A DNA stretch of 64,000 nucleotides from Monocercomonoides exilis PA203 (lineage: Eukaryota; Protista; Preaxostyla). The translations under genes and the position numbers were made by a program. Below the pieces are notes generated by a model. The model did no database searches. It saw only the letters and a program-made list of their open reading frames with translations, and was not told the origin of the DNA. Shown here piece after piece: positions 62,651 through 64,000 of the stretch (position 1 is its first letter; each line of letters opens with the position of its first letter). The stretch lies in NCBI GenBank assembly GCA_001643675.2, contig LSRY02000042.1, positions 744,001-808,000 of the forward strand, written 5' to 3'.

Positions 62651-64000
62651 TTAAACATTCACAAAATAATCGACTATCCTAGTTGATATTAAAATTTCAA
62701 ATTTCCATCTTAGATAATGAATTCTTTTATGAAAACTTACAATGATATCTTCATTTCCTTCTTCCTCCAACTTTTCAAATATTTTTCTTTTCAATTCTTT
62801 TCTTTTCTCTTCTTCCATTTTGATATCCTTCTCCACTTCTTCTATTTCATTATCATCTTCATTTTTATTTCCATAAATCTCTTCTTCTTCCATTTTATCT
62901 TCATCTTCTTCTTCCATTTCATAAATCTTTTCTTCTTCTATTCTGTCATATTGTTCTTCAATTCCATCATTCTCTTTAATTTCCATTTCATTTTCAATTT
63001 TTCCTTTCAATCTCAATGAAATCGTTTCAAAAAAGTATAAGCTTTCAAATATCATCTTGTTTTCCAATGTTGGTCGTTGTATCTCTACCAAAATGAGGAT
63101 AAAAGCTCTACTTTTTAAAATGTCTTCAATTTCTGTATCTGATCTGATCCATATCAGTTTAAGTAAATTAATGCATTTCACGTGAATATATCCGTGTTTA
63201 TCCTTTGCCGCTCGAAACATCTGAACAATGCAATTAAAAAGTCCGACAAATTCTTCGTTCCGCAATTTGAACGAACAAAAATATTCCTCCAATGTTTTGA
63301 GCCATCTATTTAAAATAAGCACAACTTCAGTTTCTTTTTCTCTTTCTTCTTCTTTTTCTCTTCCAATCAATACGCTTTGAAAGCTCTTCTAGTTCCTTTG
63401 AACTGCATTTCGCAAGAGAGGTAATATACACGCCAACTTCTTCCAATTTTTCTTCTAAGAGCATCCTGTCTGTATAAAAGTCCCAAGCTGATTGATACGC
63501 AATGCAAGTGAGATTGTTGCGCACTTTATGATGATGTATTATCTCTTTGATTTCATTCAAATACAGTTCTTCTGGCACTTTCTAATAAAAATTAGAAAAA
63601 GGAAATATAATAACTTCAAAAACGAAATAGATATGTTCACACATAATATTTTCTAATGCAACTCAAAGCCAACAAAGCCATTTCCACTTCTTTCTGAGTC
63701 TCCTTGTTTTCTTCTTTCCTTAACGCAACTTTCAAAAGGCAAGGCACGCTAATTGAAAGCAATTTCGAAGAAGTCATGAGCCGTATAGCATTAGATAGCA
63801 TTCGCAAACATCAGCCAGCAGTTTTTCGACCTTTTTATTTTTTTTCCGTTCTTTGATAATCATCTTCTTAAATCTTTTGCCCAACAAAGATCGGAAAAAA
63901 TAAACAACATGTTCATTTTTCACAGCACTGCGATATCCCATGTGTTTCAAAAGAAAAAGTTGATTTTTCAAAGACATTATCTTTTCTTCAATCATGTTGT
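62651..64000 (-). pseudogene. frameshifted 3' part of a member of a large lineage-specific multicopy family (Monocercomonoides-like); runs off the window
   Basis: Motifs LLADVCECYL, VPCLLKVALRKEENKETQKEVEMALLALS, ELYLNEIKEII..H....NLT..AYQSAW, LKRKIFEKLEEEG.EDII are spread over several frames. The family is recognised from memory only. Confidence 0.6.

Noticed and set aside
1-64000. CRISPR arrays, rRNA, tRNA, Polinton/viral genes
   Set aside because: No repeat-spacer periodicity, cloverleaf or rRNA motifs, and no polB, capsid or integrase motifs, were recognised. The DNA is eukaryotic with spliceosomal introns.

Overview
This is eukaryotic, intron-containing, AT-rich DNA with Ser/Glu low-complexity proteins and GTTTG/GTATG splice donors. 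By recalled resemblance (inference, not a search) it looks like an oxymonad (Monocercomonoides-like metamonad). It uses the standard code, since calmodulin ends in TAA. Bases 1-32.3 kb are ordinary genes: a CEP76/CC2D2A-like C-terminus, two tandem paralogs, an acidic hypothetical protein, calmodulin, a SPRY-domain protein, an IQ-DH-PH RhoGEF and a remote homolog of the PI3K regulatory subunits p101/p87. Bases 32.7-64 kb are a repeat and pseudogene zone. Its centrepiece is a spliced gene of about 1185 codons (52984->49276) that fuses a USP/C19 deubiquitinase domain to a Sola-like DDD transposase core and carries two in-frame nonsense codons. It sits near the middle of two concentric, near-perfect inverted-repeat pairs: 716 bp at 42819-43534/54474-55189 and 363 bp at 36805-37167/61819-62181. 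The outer pair bounds a 25.4-kb segment full of decayed gene fragments. Two MITE families, two long perfect palindromes and a GC-rich three-way-junction fold were also found. All alignments and domain calls were made by eye.
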